From an uncultured Pseudomonadota bacterium (GTDB taxonomy: Bacteria > Pseudomonadota > Alphaproteobacteria > Rs-D84), in contig CACYHO010000001.1 in assembly GCA_902774285.1 (NCBI GenBank), positions 73,303-137,302 on the forward strand: a stretch of DNA of 64,000 nucleotides. The letters are read 5' to 3'. The notes beneath the pieces were generated by a model. The model saw only the letters and a program-made list of their open reading frames with translations, had not been told where the DNA came from and did not search any database. Below are positions 27,020 to 36,958 of this stretch, piece by piece. Made by a program: the position numbers and the translations under genes. Numbering within the stretch: the stretch's first letter is position 1; the number at the start of each line of letters is the position of its first letter.

Positions 27020-28753
27020 TTAAATTCTTTCGAACATGGCATCTAATTCAGATATGGAAATAACCTTGTAAACTGGGCGTCCATGATTACATTCGCCCCC
27101 CCGCTCTGTGCGTTCAATATCCCGCAAAAGCGCGTCCATTTCCGCCATATTCAATTTACGGCCAGAACGAACAGAATGATGACATGCGTAATTTGCCAAT
27201 TTCAAATGTAATTTTTCCTGGATACGCGACGAATGCCCATATGCGCGCACCTCATCAGCAATTTCTTGGAAACATTTTTCCCAATTCAAATCCCAATCTG
27301 CCGGTTTTTCAAAGATTGCTATTGCGCCATCACCAAAAGAATCTATCTGCAAACCACATTGTTTTAATTCATCTTTGATTGTTAAAACAGATATGACATC
27401 TTCCGATTTCAAACTGATAACAATTGGCGCCAATAATGGTTGTGTTTTAATTTCATGCTTTCTTAATTTTTCATATGTAATACGTTCGTGTGCCGCATGT
27501 TGATCAATAATTACAAAACCATCTTTGTTTTCTGCCAATATATATTTATTGTTTAATTGCCCAATCACACGTCCAAATGGTAAATCAAAAGCATCTGGTT
27601 CAAAAACAGTTGCAACAGTATCATCTTTTTTATGTTGGTTAAATGTTGGTGTCGCGACAAAAGCCTGGGCAAAAGACACACTATTAGACCGTGGTGCATT
27701 TGAATGAAAATAAGTTTGTGTTGGCGCCAATTTAAATTCTTTATTTCCTTCATTTTGAATTGTTGGCTGCGACATATTTTGATTCAAAGTTTGTGCCAAA
27801 ACATCACGCAAAGTTTTTATTATAAATGCACGAACATGTGCTGGTTCTAAGAAATGAACTTCTGTTTTTGCTGGTGACACATTAACGTCAACATTCCGCG
27901 ATGGCAATTCCAAATAAAGTGCACAAAGTGGGAATTCGCGCGCATGCATAACATCCATATAAGCCGCACGTAAAGCAGCAACCAAAACCTTATCTTTAAC
28001 TGGACGGCCATTTACAAATAAATACTGATCAACACTTGATGCACGACGCAATGTTGGATTGGAAATATAACCATGTATGCGCATTTGTGATGATGAAGAT
28101 GTTGCGTCAACCGGCAACATTTGTCCCCGAACATCTTCGCCCATAACAGAAATTATACGTTCCAATAAATCCTGATTTTTTGGGAAACGCCATTTGTCGT
28201 TTAAAACAAATCCGACGTCTACACGGGCCATTGCCAATCTTTTTACAACATCTAAAACAGCCAACATTTCTGATTTATCAGAATTCAAAAACTTTAAACG
28301 CGCCGGTGTTTTTACAAACAAATTTGCAACACGAATACGCGTTCCACTTTCCCACGGGGACGGACGAATTTCACCAGTTGACGCATTCAAACACCAACCA
28401 TTTGGTTCGGTTGTTTTGAAAGTATCAATACTCATATCAGATACAGATGCAATTGATGGTAAAGCTTCACCGCGAAAACCCATAAAATTAATATTCAATA
28501 AATCATCATCTGGTAATTTGGAAGTTGCATGTCTTAATACAGAATTTGCCAAATCTTGTTTATCCATACCAGAACCATTATCAATCACAGATATCATTGT
28601 GCGTCCACCATCAACAACATCTATGATAATTTGGTCAGCCCCAGCATCCAGCGCATTTTCAACCAATTCCTTTACCACACTGGCCGGTCTTTCAACTACT
28701 TCGCCCGCAGCGATTTGGTTTATCAAGAAATCAGGCAAAACACGAACAGACAT
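27020..28753 (-). CDS. mutL: DNA mismatch repair protein MutL
   Basis: GHKL ATPase motifs (IAAGEVVERPASVVKELVENALDAGA, DNGSGM, GFRGEAL) and a C-terminal endonuclease-type domain (DQHAAHERI, ACHHSVRSG). Confidence 0.93.
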   Translation of the reverse strand: MSVRVLPDFLINQIAAGEVVERPASVVKELVENALDAGADQIIIDVVDGGRTMISVIDNGSGMDKQDLANSVLRHATSKLPDDDLLNINFMGFRGEALPSIASVSDMSIDTFKTTEPNGWCLNASTGEIRPSPWESGTRIRVANLFVKTPARLKFLNSDKSEMLAVLDVVKRLAMARVDVGFVLNDKWRFPKNQDLLERIISVMGEDVRGQMLPVDATSSSSQMRIHGYISNPTLRRASSVDQYLFVNGRPVKDKVLVAALRAAYMDVMHAREFPLCALYLELPSRNVDVNVSPAKTEVHFLEPAHVRAFIIKTLRDVLAQTLNQNMSQPTIQNEGNKEFKLAPTQTYFHSNAPRSNSVSFAQAFVATPTFNQHKKDDTVATVFEPDAFDLPFGRVIGQLNNKYILAENKDGFVIIDQHAAHERITYEKLRKHEIKTQPLLAPIVISLKSEDVISVLTIKDELKQCGLQIDSFGDGAIAIFEKPADWDLNWEKCFQEIADEVRAYGHSSRIQEKLHLKLANYACHHSVRSGRKLNMAEMDALLRDIERTERGGECNHGRPVYKVISISELDAMFERI

Positions 28754-28754
28754 A

Positions 28755-29225
28755 TTAATCCTTGAATTTTACATCAACGATTTCAAATTCTTTTTCGCCA
28801 CCCGGCAAACGAACAGTGCAAGTATCACCAACACAATGTCCAATCAATGCACGTCCAACCGGTGACGTACAGGAAATTACCAAACGACCATCAGATTCAA
28901 TATCTGACAAAATACGACATTCCATTTTGTTACCATCTTCGTCTTCGGTAATAACCTTGGCACCAAAAACAACGCGGTCGCCAGAAAGGCTGTCCACATC
29001 AATAACCTGGGCATTTTCAATTGTGTTTTCAATAAATTGAATACGTTTATCGATTTGACGCTGTTTTTCTTTGGCGGCACTGTAATCTGCATTTTCAGAC
29101 AAATCACCCAGCGAACGCGCCCATTGGACCACTTTCAATATTTCTGGTCTTTGGTTTTCTTTTAAATCTTTTAATTCTGCCAACAATTTATCAAAGCCTT
29201 GGCGTGAAATTGGTTTCTTTTCCAT
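28755..29225 (-). CDS. greA: Transcription elongation factor GreA
   Basis: Coiled-coil N-terminus with GDLSENADYSAAKE and a C-terminal FKBP-like domain. The stop lies 1 nt before the mutL start. Confidence 0.93.
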   Translation of the reverse strand: MEKKPISRQGFDKLLAELKDLKENQRPEILKVVQWARSLGDLSENADYSAAKEKQRQIDKRIQFIENTIENAQVIDVDSLSGDRVVFGAKVITEDEDGNKMECRILSDIESDGRLVISCTSPVGRALIGHCVGDTCTVRLPGGEKEFEIVDVKFKD

Positions 29226-29310
29226 AACAAATCCTTAATTTTAAGTATAAAGATATAACATTAATTTTAATTTTGCAATTATCAATTCAAACTATTATAC
29301 TATATATATT

Positions 29311-30378
29311 ATGTATAGATTTAAACCAAATGTTTTGACATTATTCCTGATGCGTCGGTTCTTTACCAGTTTTCTTCTGGTTATGTTGACGACATGTGGG
29401 ATTATATTCGCAGTCACTTTCGTTGAAAGACTTTCTTCAAATCCCGATGCATTGTCCACATTAATGGATGCATGGGTACGTTTATTGGAATATGTTCCTA
29501 TGTTTTTACCGCTGGCTGTGTTTATGGGGACATTGGTTGCTTTTTATAATTTAACAAAATCATCGGAACTGATAATTGTATCAGGAACTGGTTTATCACC
29601 TTTTCAAATTGCAAAACCATTTTTAACGGGTGCTTTCTTGATTGGTGTTTTTGCCGCAACAATTGTTAATCCCTATTCCGTAGATTTAACAACACGCAAC
29701 TTAACAAACCATCAATTAAAGTTAATAGATAACGCAATATGGTTGCGCGAATCTTCTGAAAACGGATATTTGACGGCACGCGCAATGGGTATGAACATAT
29801 CCAAAGATCACGAAATTATCTTTAACGATGTAACAATATTATTGCAAGATAATGAATTTAAATTAAAAGAACGCATATCTGCCAAAGTTGCAAATTTATC
29901 AAATGACGGTATTGATGTCCAAAAGGCCAGTATTATTGGACCTGATGGTGCAACAACAAACGGATCACGTCATATTGAAACAAAATTAACACCACAAACT
30001 GTATTGGACAGATATTTACAACCTGATCAAATTTCATTTTGGAAATTACCAACATTTATAAGCAAAATGAACGCCATTGGTGTTTCAACACGTGGACATT
30101 TGGTGCAATTCTGGACATTGTTATTTTTGCCATTAACAATGATAGCAATGACTGTGTTGGGCATCGCTTTTTCCCAAACAAAACAACGCAGAAATTACAG
30201 TTTTGGCGTTAAATTCAGTTTGGGTATTGTCACATGTTTTGGACTTTATTTTATTGTGAATATATTTAACGCATTGGGAAACACTGGTGCTTTGCCACCA
30301 ATTATCGCAATTGTCGCACCACAAATAATTATCATAACTGGTGCATGTACTTTCATAACCAGTTTTGACACGATATAG
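29311..30378 (+). CDS. LPS export ABC permease, LptF/LptG (YjgP/YjgQ) family
   Basis: 355 aa with 3 TM helices, a periplasmic beta-jellyroll insert, then 3 more TM helices, typical of this family. I cannot tell LptF from LptG by eye. Confidence 0.75.
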   Translation: MYRFKPNVLTLFLMRRFFTSFLLVMLTTCGIIFAVTFVERLSSNPDALSTLMDAWVRLLEYVPMFLPLAVFMGTLVAFYNLTKSSELIIVSGTGLSPFQIAKPFLTGAFLIGVFAATIVNPYSVDLTTRNLTNHQLKLIDNAIWLRESSENGYLTARAMGMNISKDHEIIFNDVTILLQDNEFKLKERISAKVANLSNDGIDVQKASIIGPDGATTNGSRHIETKLTPQTVLDRYLQPDQISFWKLPTFISKMNAIGVSTRGHLVQFWTLLFLPLTMIAMTVLGIAFSQTKQRRNYSFGVKFSLGIVTCFGLYFIVNIFNALGNTGALPPIIAIVAPQIIIITGACTFITSFDTI

Positions 30379-30387
30379 GAATCAAAA

Positions 30388-30519
30388 ATGCCAATTCGCA
30401 GAAGAGAAAAAAACAAAAAGAAATTTCTGATTTGGACAATAATAATTATATTGGCCATTGGTATGATTTGGTCTTTTTCTAACAATCCGGTATTTACAGA
30501 AATAGTTCTTTATCCATGA
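30388..30519 (+). CDS. Candidate 43-aa small membrane protein (below the ORF-track size cutoff)
   Basis: AGGA SD 7 nt upstream of the ATG at 30388. MPIRRREKNKKKFLIWTIIIILAIGMIWSFSNNPVFTEIVLYP has a basic N-terminus and one TM helix. Its TGA overlaps the xerD ATG (ATGA at 30516-30519). Confidence 0.4.
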   Translation: MPIRRREKNKKKFLIWTIIIILAIGMIWSFSNNPVFTEIVLYP

Positions 30520-31379
30520 ATTACATTGATATTTTCTTAGAGGCTTTATCCGCAGAAAAAGGACGCAGTCAAAAAACACTAAGCGCCTATTCTTCTGATT
30601 TAAAACATGCCCAAGATTCAATTGGAAATTTATTGGAAGCAAATGCCCAAGATATTCAAAACTATTTATCTGAATTACCAGACAAACCATCATCAATTGC
30701 GCGAAAAGCCAGCGCATTACGCAGTTTTTATAAATTCTTGATGTTGGAAAAAATCATAACAAAAAATCCGACATCTAATTTGGAATTACCAAAACGCGGA
30801 CGTGCATTACCAAAATATTTATCCCCAGAAGAAATCGAATTATTAATATCGTCCAGTGGTGATATAAAAACATCTGTGCGTCTTAAATGTATGATAGAAT
30901 TATTATATGCATCTGGCCTGCGCGTAAGTGAATTATGTGAATTACCGTTATCTGCAAATTTGGGCGATAAATTATTAATACATGGCAAAGGGGCAAAAGA
31001 AAGATTGGTCCCCATGCACGAAGCCGCCCAAGATGCATTACACAAATGGTTGGAAATGCGTGGCGATATTGATTCAAAATATGTATTCCCAACAAATTCA
31101 CAAACTGGCCATATTACACGTGATGGCTTTTTCAAGATATTAAAAAAATGTGCTGTATTGGCTGGTATAGATCCACATCGCGTATCACCGCACGTGTTGC
31201 GTCATTCGTTTGCTTCGCATCTGTTGGCCGGTGGTGCAAATTTACGCGTAATACAAACAATGTTGGGACACGAAGATATTTCAACAACACAAATATATAC
31301 ACATGTATTACCTGAAAAATTACGTGATACAGTGGAAAGCGCACACCCATTGGCACATAATGAAATCAAGGATATATAA
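30516..31379 (+). CDS. xerD: Site-specific tyrosine recombinase XerD
   Basis: N-terminal SAM-like domain (LSAEKGRSQKTLSAYSSDL) and catalytic RHSFASHLL...GHEDISTTQIYTHV. Confidence 0.8.
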   Translation: MNYIDIFLEALSAEKGRSQKTLSAYSSDLKHAQDSIGNLLEANAQDIQNYLSELPDKPSSIARKASALRSFYKFLMLEKIITKNPTSNLELPKRGRALPKYLSPEEIELLISSSGDIKTSVRLKCMIELLYASGLRVSELCELPLSANLGDKLLIHGKGAKERLVPMHEAAQDALHKWLEMRGDIDSKYVFPTNSQTGHITRDGFFKILKKCAVLAGIDPHRVSPHVLRHSFASHLLAGGANLRVIQTMLGHEDISTTQIYTHVLPEKLRDTVESAHPLAHNEIKDI

Positions 31380-31382
31380 ACA

Positions 31383-31880
31383 ATGATAACAAAATGCGAA
31401 CATCCAGGTTGTACAAAAGCAGGAACATGCCGCGCGCCAAAAACGCGTGACTTAAAAGAATATTGGTGGTTCTGCAAAGAACATGCGGCCGAATATAATA
31501 AAAATTGGAATTATTATGCCAATATGACACCTGATGAAATTGATGCAGAATGGGAACGCGAAACATTTGGAATTGCTGATAAAGACAAAGAACAAGCAAA
31601 CAAAAACGAAGCCGATTATGTAAACTTTCTTAATGATTTTATATCTGGTCGTGGAACGTTCGACAGAATGCCAGCAAAGAAATCAATCCCTTCACAAATC
31701 GTATCTGCATTGCATACTTTTGATTTACCAATCAGTGCAACATGGCGCGAAGTTGGGGCAAAATATCGTGCATTGGCAAAAAAATATCACCCAGATACTG
31801 CGACAGATAAAACTTCAACCACTGAATTTACGCGTATAACATCCGCATACGAAACACTAAAAAAATATTTCAAAAAATAA
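31383..31880 (+). CDS. J-domain (DnaJ-like) protein with N-terminal Cys-rich segment
   Basis: The C-terminal J-domain carries HPD (KYRALAKKYHPDT). The N-terminal CEHPGC...WWFCKEHAAEYNKNWNYY is typical of small alphaproteobacterial J proteins. Confidence 0.75.
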   Translation: MITKCEHPGCTKAGTCRAPKTRDLKEYWWFCKEHAAEYNKNWNYYANMTPDEIDAEWERETFGIADKDKEQANKNEADYVNFLNDFISGRGTFDRMPAKKSIPSQIVSALHTFDLPISATWREVGAKYRALAKKYHPDTATDKTSTTEFTRITSAYETLKKYFKK

Positions 31881-31956
31881 CCGTAATACCCTATTTTATA
31901 TTTGCACAGAAATCATTTTGTGCTATGATTTTGCAAACGAAACGAATGGATTAAAT

Positions 31957-32853
31957 ATGCAAGATGTTGTTATTTTGGGTTCTGGACCTGCGGGATTAAC
32001 CGCTGCGATTTATACTGGTCGCGCCAACAAATCTACTATTGTGCTGGCAGGTGCATCCCTTGGGGGACAAACTGGTGAAATTGCAAAACTGGAAAATTAT
32101 CCCGGTTGGGCTGGTTCTGGTATGGAACTGATTCAGTTTATGAAAAAGCAAGCAGAATCTTTCGGTGCAAAAATTGAATTTGCGTCTGCAACAGATATCA
32201 AATTTAACGAAGATAAAACTTTCACTGTCATTTGCGACAATGGCAAAACAATTGATACCAAAACAGTTATTCTTGCAACTGGTGCAATGGCACGCAGATT
32301 GGAAATCGCTGGTGCACGTGAATTTTTTGGCAAAGGTGTTTCATATTGTGCAACATGTGATGGTTTCTTTTACAGTGGTCGCGATGTGTTGGTATATGGC
32401 GGCGGCAACGCTGCACTAAATGATGCGCTGTATTTAGCTGATGTTGCAAAATCTGTCCGGATTGTTTATCGCAAATCTGAATTCTTCCGCGCAGAAGCAG
32501 TCTTACGTGACCGCGTTGCCGAAAAAGAAAACATTGAATGCATTTATAATACCGAATTAAAATCTATTTCACAAAAACCAGACAGTGAAAAATTGATTGC
32601 AACCACTACAACTGGTGATGAAATTGAATGCGATGGAATCTTTGTTGCTATTGGTCACGAAGCAAACACAGACTATTTATCAGAATCAATCAAACGCGAT
32701 GATATGGGACGCATAATACCAGAATCCTTGCCGAAAGGAATGTTCGTTGCTGGCGATGTGCACAGTAATATTAAAATGCAAATCGCAACCGCTGTTGGTA
32801 CAGGATGCAGCGCTGGTATGGATGCAATTGCTTATTTGAATTCAAAGGATTAA
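31957..32853 (+). CDS. trxB: Thioredoxin-disulfide reductase
   Basis: GSGPAG FAD motif, redox-active CATCDG and GGGNAA NADPH motif. The ATG at 31957 (MQDVVILG) is preferred over the upstream ORF-track start. Confidence 0.93.
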   Translation: MQDVVILGSGPAGLTAAIYTGRANKSTIVLAGASLGGQTGEIAKLENYPGWAGSGMELIQFMKKQAESFGAKIEFASATDIKFNEDKTFTVICDNGKTIDTKTVILATGAMARRLEIAGAREFFGKGVSYCATCDGFFYSGRDVLVYGGGNAALNDALYLADVAKSVRIVYRKSEFFRAEAVLRDRVAEKENIECIYNTELKSISQKPDSEKLIATTTTGDEIECDGIFVAIGHEANTDYLSESIKRDDMGRIIPESLPKGMFVAGDVHSNIKMQIATAVGTGCSAGMDAIAYLNSKD

Positions 32854-32855
32854 AA

Positions 32856-33035
32856 ATGGAATCGTTTAAAAGTTTTTCAGATTATCCAAGTGTTCCAAGC
32901 AAAATTTTCACTGCAGAAAATCTTGCTAAATATAATGACTACATTCAAGAAGCGGTTGAACAATCAAGAAAAATGGAATTGGCAGCAAGAGAATGGGCCA
33001 GTAAAAATATAATTTGGTTTCACAGCGGAAGATAA
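32856..33035 (+). CDS. Small hypothetical protein (59 aa)
   Basis: The ATG at 32856 follows an AAGGA SD and lies 3 nt after the trxB stop. No recognisable motif. Confidence 0.4.
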   Translation: MESFKSFSDYPSVPSKIFTAENLAKYNDYIQEAVEQSRKMELAAREWASKNIIWFHSGR

Positions 33036-33050
33036 ACAAGAAGGTAAAAA

Positions 33051-34331
33051 ATGTTAGATATAAAATTTATTCGTGAAAATAAAGATGTTGTTAAAAATGC
33101 TTGTGCGGTAAAAAATTTTCCAGATGTCGTTGATGAACTTTTGGCATTGGATGTTCGCGTTCGTGAATTGAAAACAATCACACAAACTAAAACAGCAGAA
33201 AAAAATAAAATTACAAAAGAAATTCCAACTGCAACTGACAAGGCCCCACTAATTGCACAATCAAAAGCGATAAGCGAAGAAATCGCAAATGATATGGCTG
33301 AACTTGCTGAAAAAGAAGCGCAATTAAACGATTTGATGCATCGTGTTCCTCAAATCCCAGACGCATCTGCCCCGGTCGGCGCAGATGAATCTGCTAATGT
33401 CGAAGTAAAACGTATTGGTACACCACGTGAATTTGATTTTACACCACGTCCACAATGGGAATTGTTGGAAATGAATGGTTGGTGGATGCCAGAAAAAATC
33501 GCAGGCATTTGTGGGACACGTGTTTATGCATTGTGTGGCGAATTGGCAGAATTGGCATTGGCTGTTCAAACTTATGTTGTTCAAAATTTGATTTCCAAAG
33601 GATTCAAATATATCGAATGCCCATCAATTACAAAACCACAAACTATATTTAATGCTGGTCACTTTATGGGATCTGATTTGTCTGTTATGAATAACGATGT
33701 ATTTATGTTGGAAAACACCGACAGATGTTTGGCTGGTACCGCTGAAATCATTATCAATTCATTACACGCAGATGAAATTTTGAATGAAAATGAATTACCA
33801 CTTAAATATGCCGGTTATTCACCATGCTTCCGCAAAGAAGCCGGTGCCGCTGGTCGTGATACTCGTGGCATTGTTCGCGTTCATCAATTCAACAAGGTTG
33901 AACAATATGTATTCTGCAAACCAGAACAAAGCGATGAAATGCACGAACATATTTTAAACAACCTTTGCGAATTTATGGAAGCCTTTGAATTACCATATCG
34001 CGTAATTGCAAATTCAACTGGTGACATGGGATTCAATAAAGTAAAAATGAATGACGTCGAAGCATGGTTCCCATCTGAAAACGCATATCGTGAATTGGGT
34101 TCCTGTTCATCGATTGGTCAATTCCAGGCACGCAGAACAAACACACGTTATCGTGAAAATGCAACCGGCGAAGTCAAATATGTTGCAACATTAAATAACA
34201 CAGCGATTGCCCTGCCACGTGCATTGGTTCCAATTATTGAAAACCATCAAAACCCAGACGGTTCTGTAAACATACCAAAGGCATTACAACCATACATGGG
34301 TGGCCGAACAAAAATTGGTGGTAAACATTAA
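33051..34331 (+). CDS. serS: Serine--tRNA ligase
   Basis: N-terminal coiled-coil arm and class II motifs (YAGYSPCFRKEAGAAGRDTRGIVRVHQFNKVE, GSCSS...FQARR, LNNTAIA.PRALVPIIENHQ). Confidence 0.93.
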   Translation: MLDIKFIRENKDVVKNACAVKNFPDVVDELLALDVRVRELKTITQTKTAEKNKITKEIPTATDKAPLIAQSKAISEEIANDMAELAEKEAQLNDLMHRVPQIPDASAPVGADESANVEVKRIGTPREFDFTPRPQWELLEMNGWWMPEKIAGICGTRVYALCGELAELALAVQTYVVQNLISKGFKYIECPSITKPQTIFNAGHFMGSDLSVMNNDVFMLENTDRCLAGTAEIIINSLHADEILNENELPLKYAGYSPCFRKEAGAAGRDTRGIVRVHQFNKVEQYVFCKPEQSDEMHEHILNNLCEFMEAFELPYRVIANSTGDMGFNKVKMNDVEAWFPSENAYRELGSCSSIGQFQARRTNTRYRENATGEVKYVATLNNTAIALPRALVPIIENHQNPDGSVNIPKALQPYMGGRTKIGGKH

Positions 34332-34358
34332 AAATACCGGCAAACGCCGGTATTTTTT
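34331..34358. terminator. Bidirectional rho-independent terminator
   Basis: ATACCGGC (34334-34341), loop AAAC, GCCGGTAT (34346-34353), with an A-run before and a T-run after. Confidence 0.75.
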
Positions 34359-34896
34359 ATCTTTCATTTTTATGTAAATCAACTGCAAACACTGATGATG
34401 GCAACATTTGCTTTATTGCCGCCACGAAAGTATTTGATTTCCAAGTATCAACTTCACGATTCATCTTTATGATACTTTCTGCGTCTAAATCAAAAACCAA
34501 AGAATTACCATAATAAACCCAAACACCATTATTATCATTTTTACCATGATTCACATGATGCGCAATTGCTTCACTCAATCTTTGCAATAAATGTTTACCG
34601 CTGCGATCATAAGGCATATCCAAAATTGGTTCTAATTTATTATAATTTATTAAATCTGAATAAATAATATCTTTACCAGAATACAAATATTTTTTCGGAT
34701 CTTTTGCGATTTCCAACAAATATTCGTAAGCATTTCTCTCACGCGTGTATTCTTGTGCCTCTTTTACACGATCTTCTGGTGTAAAGTATTTTTTCTTTTG
34801 AATTGTTTTTAATTTCTTATCCAAAATACCATAGCACCATTCCACGTATCCATATAGTAATTTCTGTATTGTTTCATCTATATTTTTTGGTACCAT
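34357..34896 (-). CDS. Hypothetical cytoplasmic protein (179 aa)
   Basis: Clean ORF with no signal peptide and no recognisable motif. It is wedged between serS and typA on the opposite strand. Confidence 0.5.
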   Translation of the reverse strand: MVPKNIDETIQKLLYGYVEWCYGILDKKLKTIQKKKYFTPEDRVKEAQEYTRERNAYEYLLEIAKDPKKYLYSGKDIIYSDLINYNKLEPILDMPYDRSGKHLLQRLSEAIAHHVNHGKNDNNGVWVYYGNSLVFDLDAESIIKMNREVDTWKSNTFVAAIKQMLPSSVFAVDLHKNER

Positions 34897-35017
34897 AAAA
34901 AACTCCTTTTATCAGACAGATTGTACCATAAAAACGCATAAAATCATATATAATTTGTTGATTTTACAAAAATATAGTATAATATTTTCGTTTGCGACAA
35001 AAAATAAGAGATAACAC

Positions 35018-36862
35018 ATGAAAATAAGAAATATTGCTATCATAGCTCACGTTGACCACGGAAAAACAACCCTGGTTGATAATATGTTGAAACAGGCCGG
35101 TACTTTCCGTGAAAACGAACACGTTGAAGATCGCGTAATGGACAGTGGTGATATTGAACGCGAGCGCGGAATCACAATATCCGCAAAACCAACATCTATC
35201 CAATGGGGCGAATATAAAATTAATATCGTTGATACCCCTGGACACGCTGACTTTGGTGGCGAAGTAGAACGTATTTTATCTATGGTTGATGGTGTGGTTT
35301 TATTGGTGGACAGTGCCGAAGGCCCATTACCACAAACCAAATTTGTATTATCAAAGGCATTGAAATTAAACCTGCGCCCTATTGTTTGTATCAATAAAAT
35401 TGATCGTGGCGATGCGCGTCCAGATGAAGTTCTAACAGAAACTTTTGATTTGTTTGATAAACTTGGTGCAACAGATTCCCAACTTGATTTCCCATATTTG
35501 TACGCTTGCGGACGTGACGGTTGGGCAATTCGCGATTTAAAAGATATTGATAACCCCAACAAAGATTTAACACCTTTGTTCCAATTGATTGTAGATCATG
35601 TTCCTGCCCCAGATTGTAATGGCGAAAGATGTCAATTGGATGCACCTTTTAAAATGTTGGCTACAACATTGGAAGCAGATCCATATGTAGGACGTATTTT
35701 GACTGGAAAGATTGAATCTGGAACAGTAAAGGTTGGACAATCTGTCAAAGCAATTAATATGGCTGGCGAATTTATTGAAAACGCAAAAATCACAAAAATT
35801 ATTGAACATCAAGGTGTGAACAAAGTATCACGCGAAAGCGCATCTGCTGGCGATATCGTTGTTATCGCGGGTTTTTCAAAAGCGACTGTGGCAGATACAC
35901 TTTGTGATCCATCTGTTAACGAACCAATTCCAGCTATGCCTATTGATCCACCAACATTAACTATGACATTCTTTGTTAATACATCACCTTTGGCTGGACA
36001 AAGTGGTAAGAAATTAACATCACGTATGATCGGCGAAAGATTGTTCCGCGAAGCAGAAACAAATATTGCATTAAAAGTTTCACAAAGTGAAAACAATGAA
36101 GCATTCGAAGTTTCTGGTCGTGGCGAATTACAATTGGGTATTTTGATTGAAACAATGCGCCGTGAAGGATTTGAATTATCTGTATCACGCCCACGCGTAG
36201 TTATGAAAACGGATGAAAACGGTGAAAAATTGGAACCTATCGAAGAAGTTGTTATTGACGTTGACGATGAATTCAGTGGTGTTGTTATTGAAAAAATGAC
36301 TAAGCGCAAGGCAACAATTACCGAAATGAAACCATCTGGTGTCGGCAAAACACGTATTGTATTTTCTGCCCCATCACGTGGTTTGATTGGTTATTTATCC
36401 GAATTCAGAACCGACACACGTGGCACAGGTATTATGAACCGCGTATTTGATAAATATGATTTATACCGCGGTCCAATCACCCAATATCGTCCTGGCGTTT
36501 TGGTATCTATGGAAGCAGGCAGCACAACTACATATGCCCTGCACAATCTTGAACCACGTGGTGTATTGTTCGTTGGCCCGCAAACAGAAGTTTATTCTGG
36601 CATGATTGTTGGCGAACACAGCAAAGAAAACGATATCGAAGTTAACCCTGTTCGTGGAAAACAATTAACAAATGTTCGTTCTGTTACTGCAGATGAAAAA
36701 TTGTTCTTGGCCCCACCAAGAAAGATGTCTTTGGAAGAAGCACTGTCTTATATCCAAGATGACGAATTGGTAGAAGTCACACCAGCGACAATTCGTTTGC
36801 GCAAAAAAGAATTGGACAGCGGTAAACGTAAAAAAGCATACCGTTTTGCCGAAACAGATTAA
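35018..36862 (+). CDS. typA: Translational GTPase TypA/BipA
   Basis: AHVDHGKTT, DTPGHADFGGEV and NKIDR GTPase motifs, with EF-G-like domains. At 614 aa it has BipA length. Confidence 0.93.
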   Translation: MKIRNIAIIAHVDHGKTTLVDNMLKQAGTFRENEHVEDRVMDSGDIERERGITISAKPTSIQWGEYKINIVDTPGHADFGGEVERILSMVDGVVLLVDSAEGPLPQTKFVLSKALKLNLRPIVCINKIDRGDARPDEVLTETFDLFDKLGATDSQLDFPYLYACGRDGWAIRDLKDIDNPNKDLTPLFQLIVDHVPAPDCNGERCQLDAPFKMLATTLEADPYVGRILTGKIESGTVKVGQSVKAINMAGEFIENAKITKIIEHQGVNKVSRESASAGDIVVIAGFSKATVADTLCDPSVNEPIPAMPIDPPTLTMTFFVNTSPLAGQSGKKLTSRMIGERLFREAETNIALKVSQSENNEAFEVSGRGELQLGILIETMRREGFELSVSRPRVVMKTDENGEKLEPIEEVVIDVDDEFSGVVIEKMTKRKATITEMKPSGVGKTRIVFSAPSRGLIGYLSEFRTDTRGTGIMNRVFDKYDLYRGPITQYRPGVLVSMEAGSTTTYALHNLEPRGVLFVGPQTEVYSGMIVGEHSKENDIEVNPVRGKQLTNVRSVTADEKLFLAPPRKMSLEEALSYIQDDELVEVTPATIRLRKKELDSGKRKKAYRFAETD

Positions 36863-36867
36863 TAAAG

Positions 36868-36897
36868 ATACCGCCATTGCTGGCGGTATTTTTTTTA
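36868..36897 (+). terminator. Rho-independent terminator of typA
   Basis: ATACCGCCA (36868-36876), loop TTGC, TGGCGGTAT (36881-36889), followed by T8. Confidence 0.8.
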
Positions 36898-36958
36898 TTC
36901 CCTTGCAGAAAAAAATCCTATTTATTATAATAGACATATCCAAAAAACAGGATTTCAT

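Noticed and set aside
28194-28865. A 223-aa plus-strand ORF overlapping mutL and greA. Similar long antisense ORFs lie inside typA (35047-36348), secD (25352-25696), the ybeY-lnt fusion (14621-15594) and the ACS genes.
   Set aside because: All lie antisense to genes with clear conserved motifs, have low-complexity or odd composition, and lack an SD or start context. They are typical shadow ORFs.
30382-30717. A 111-aa minus-strand ORF spanning the lptF/G-xerD gap and the xerD 5' end.
   Set aside because: It overlaps the xerD coding region antisense. The plus-strand 43-codon ORF, with its SD and stop/start coupling, explains the gap better.
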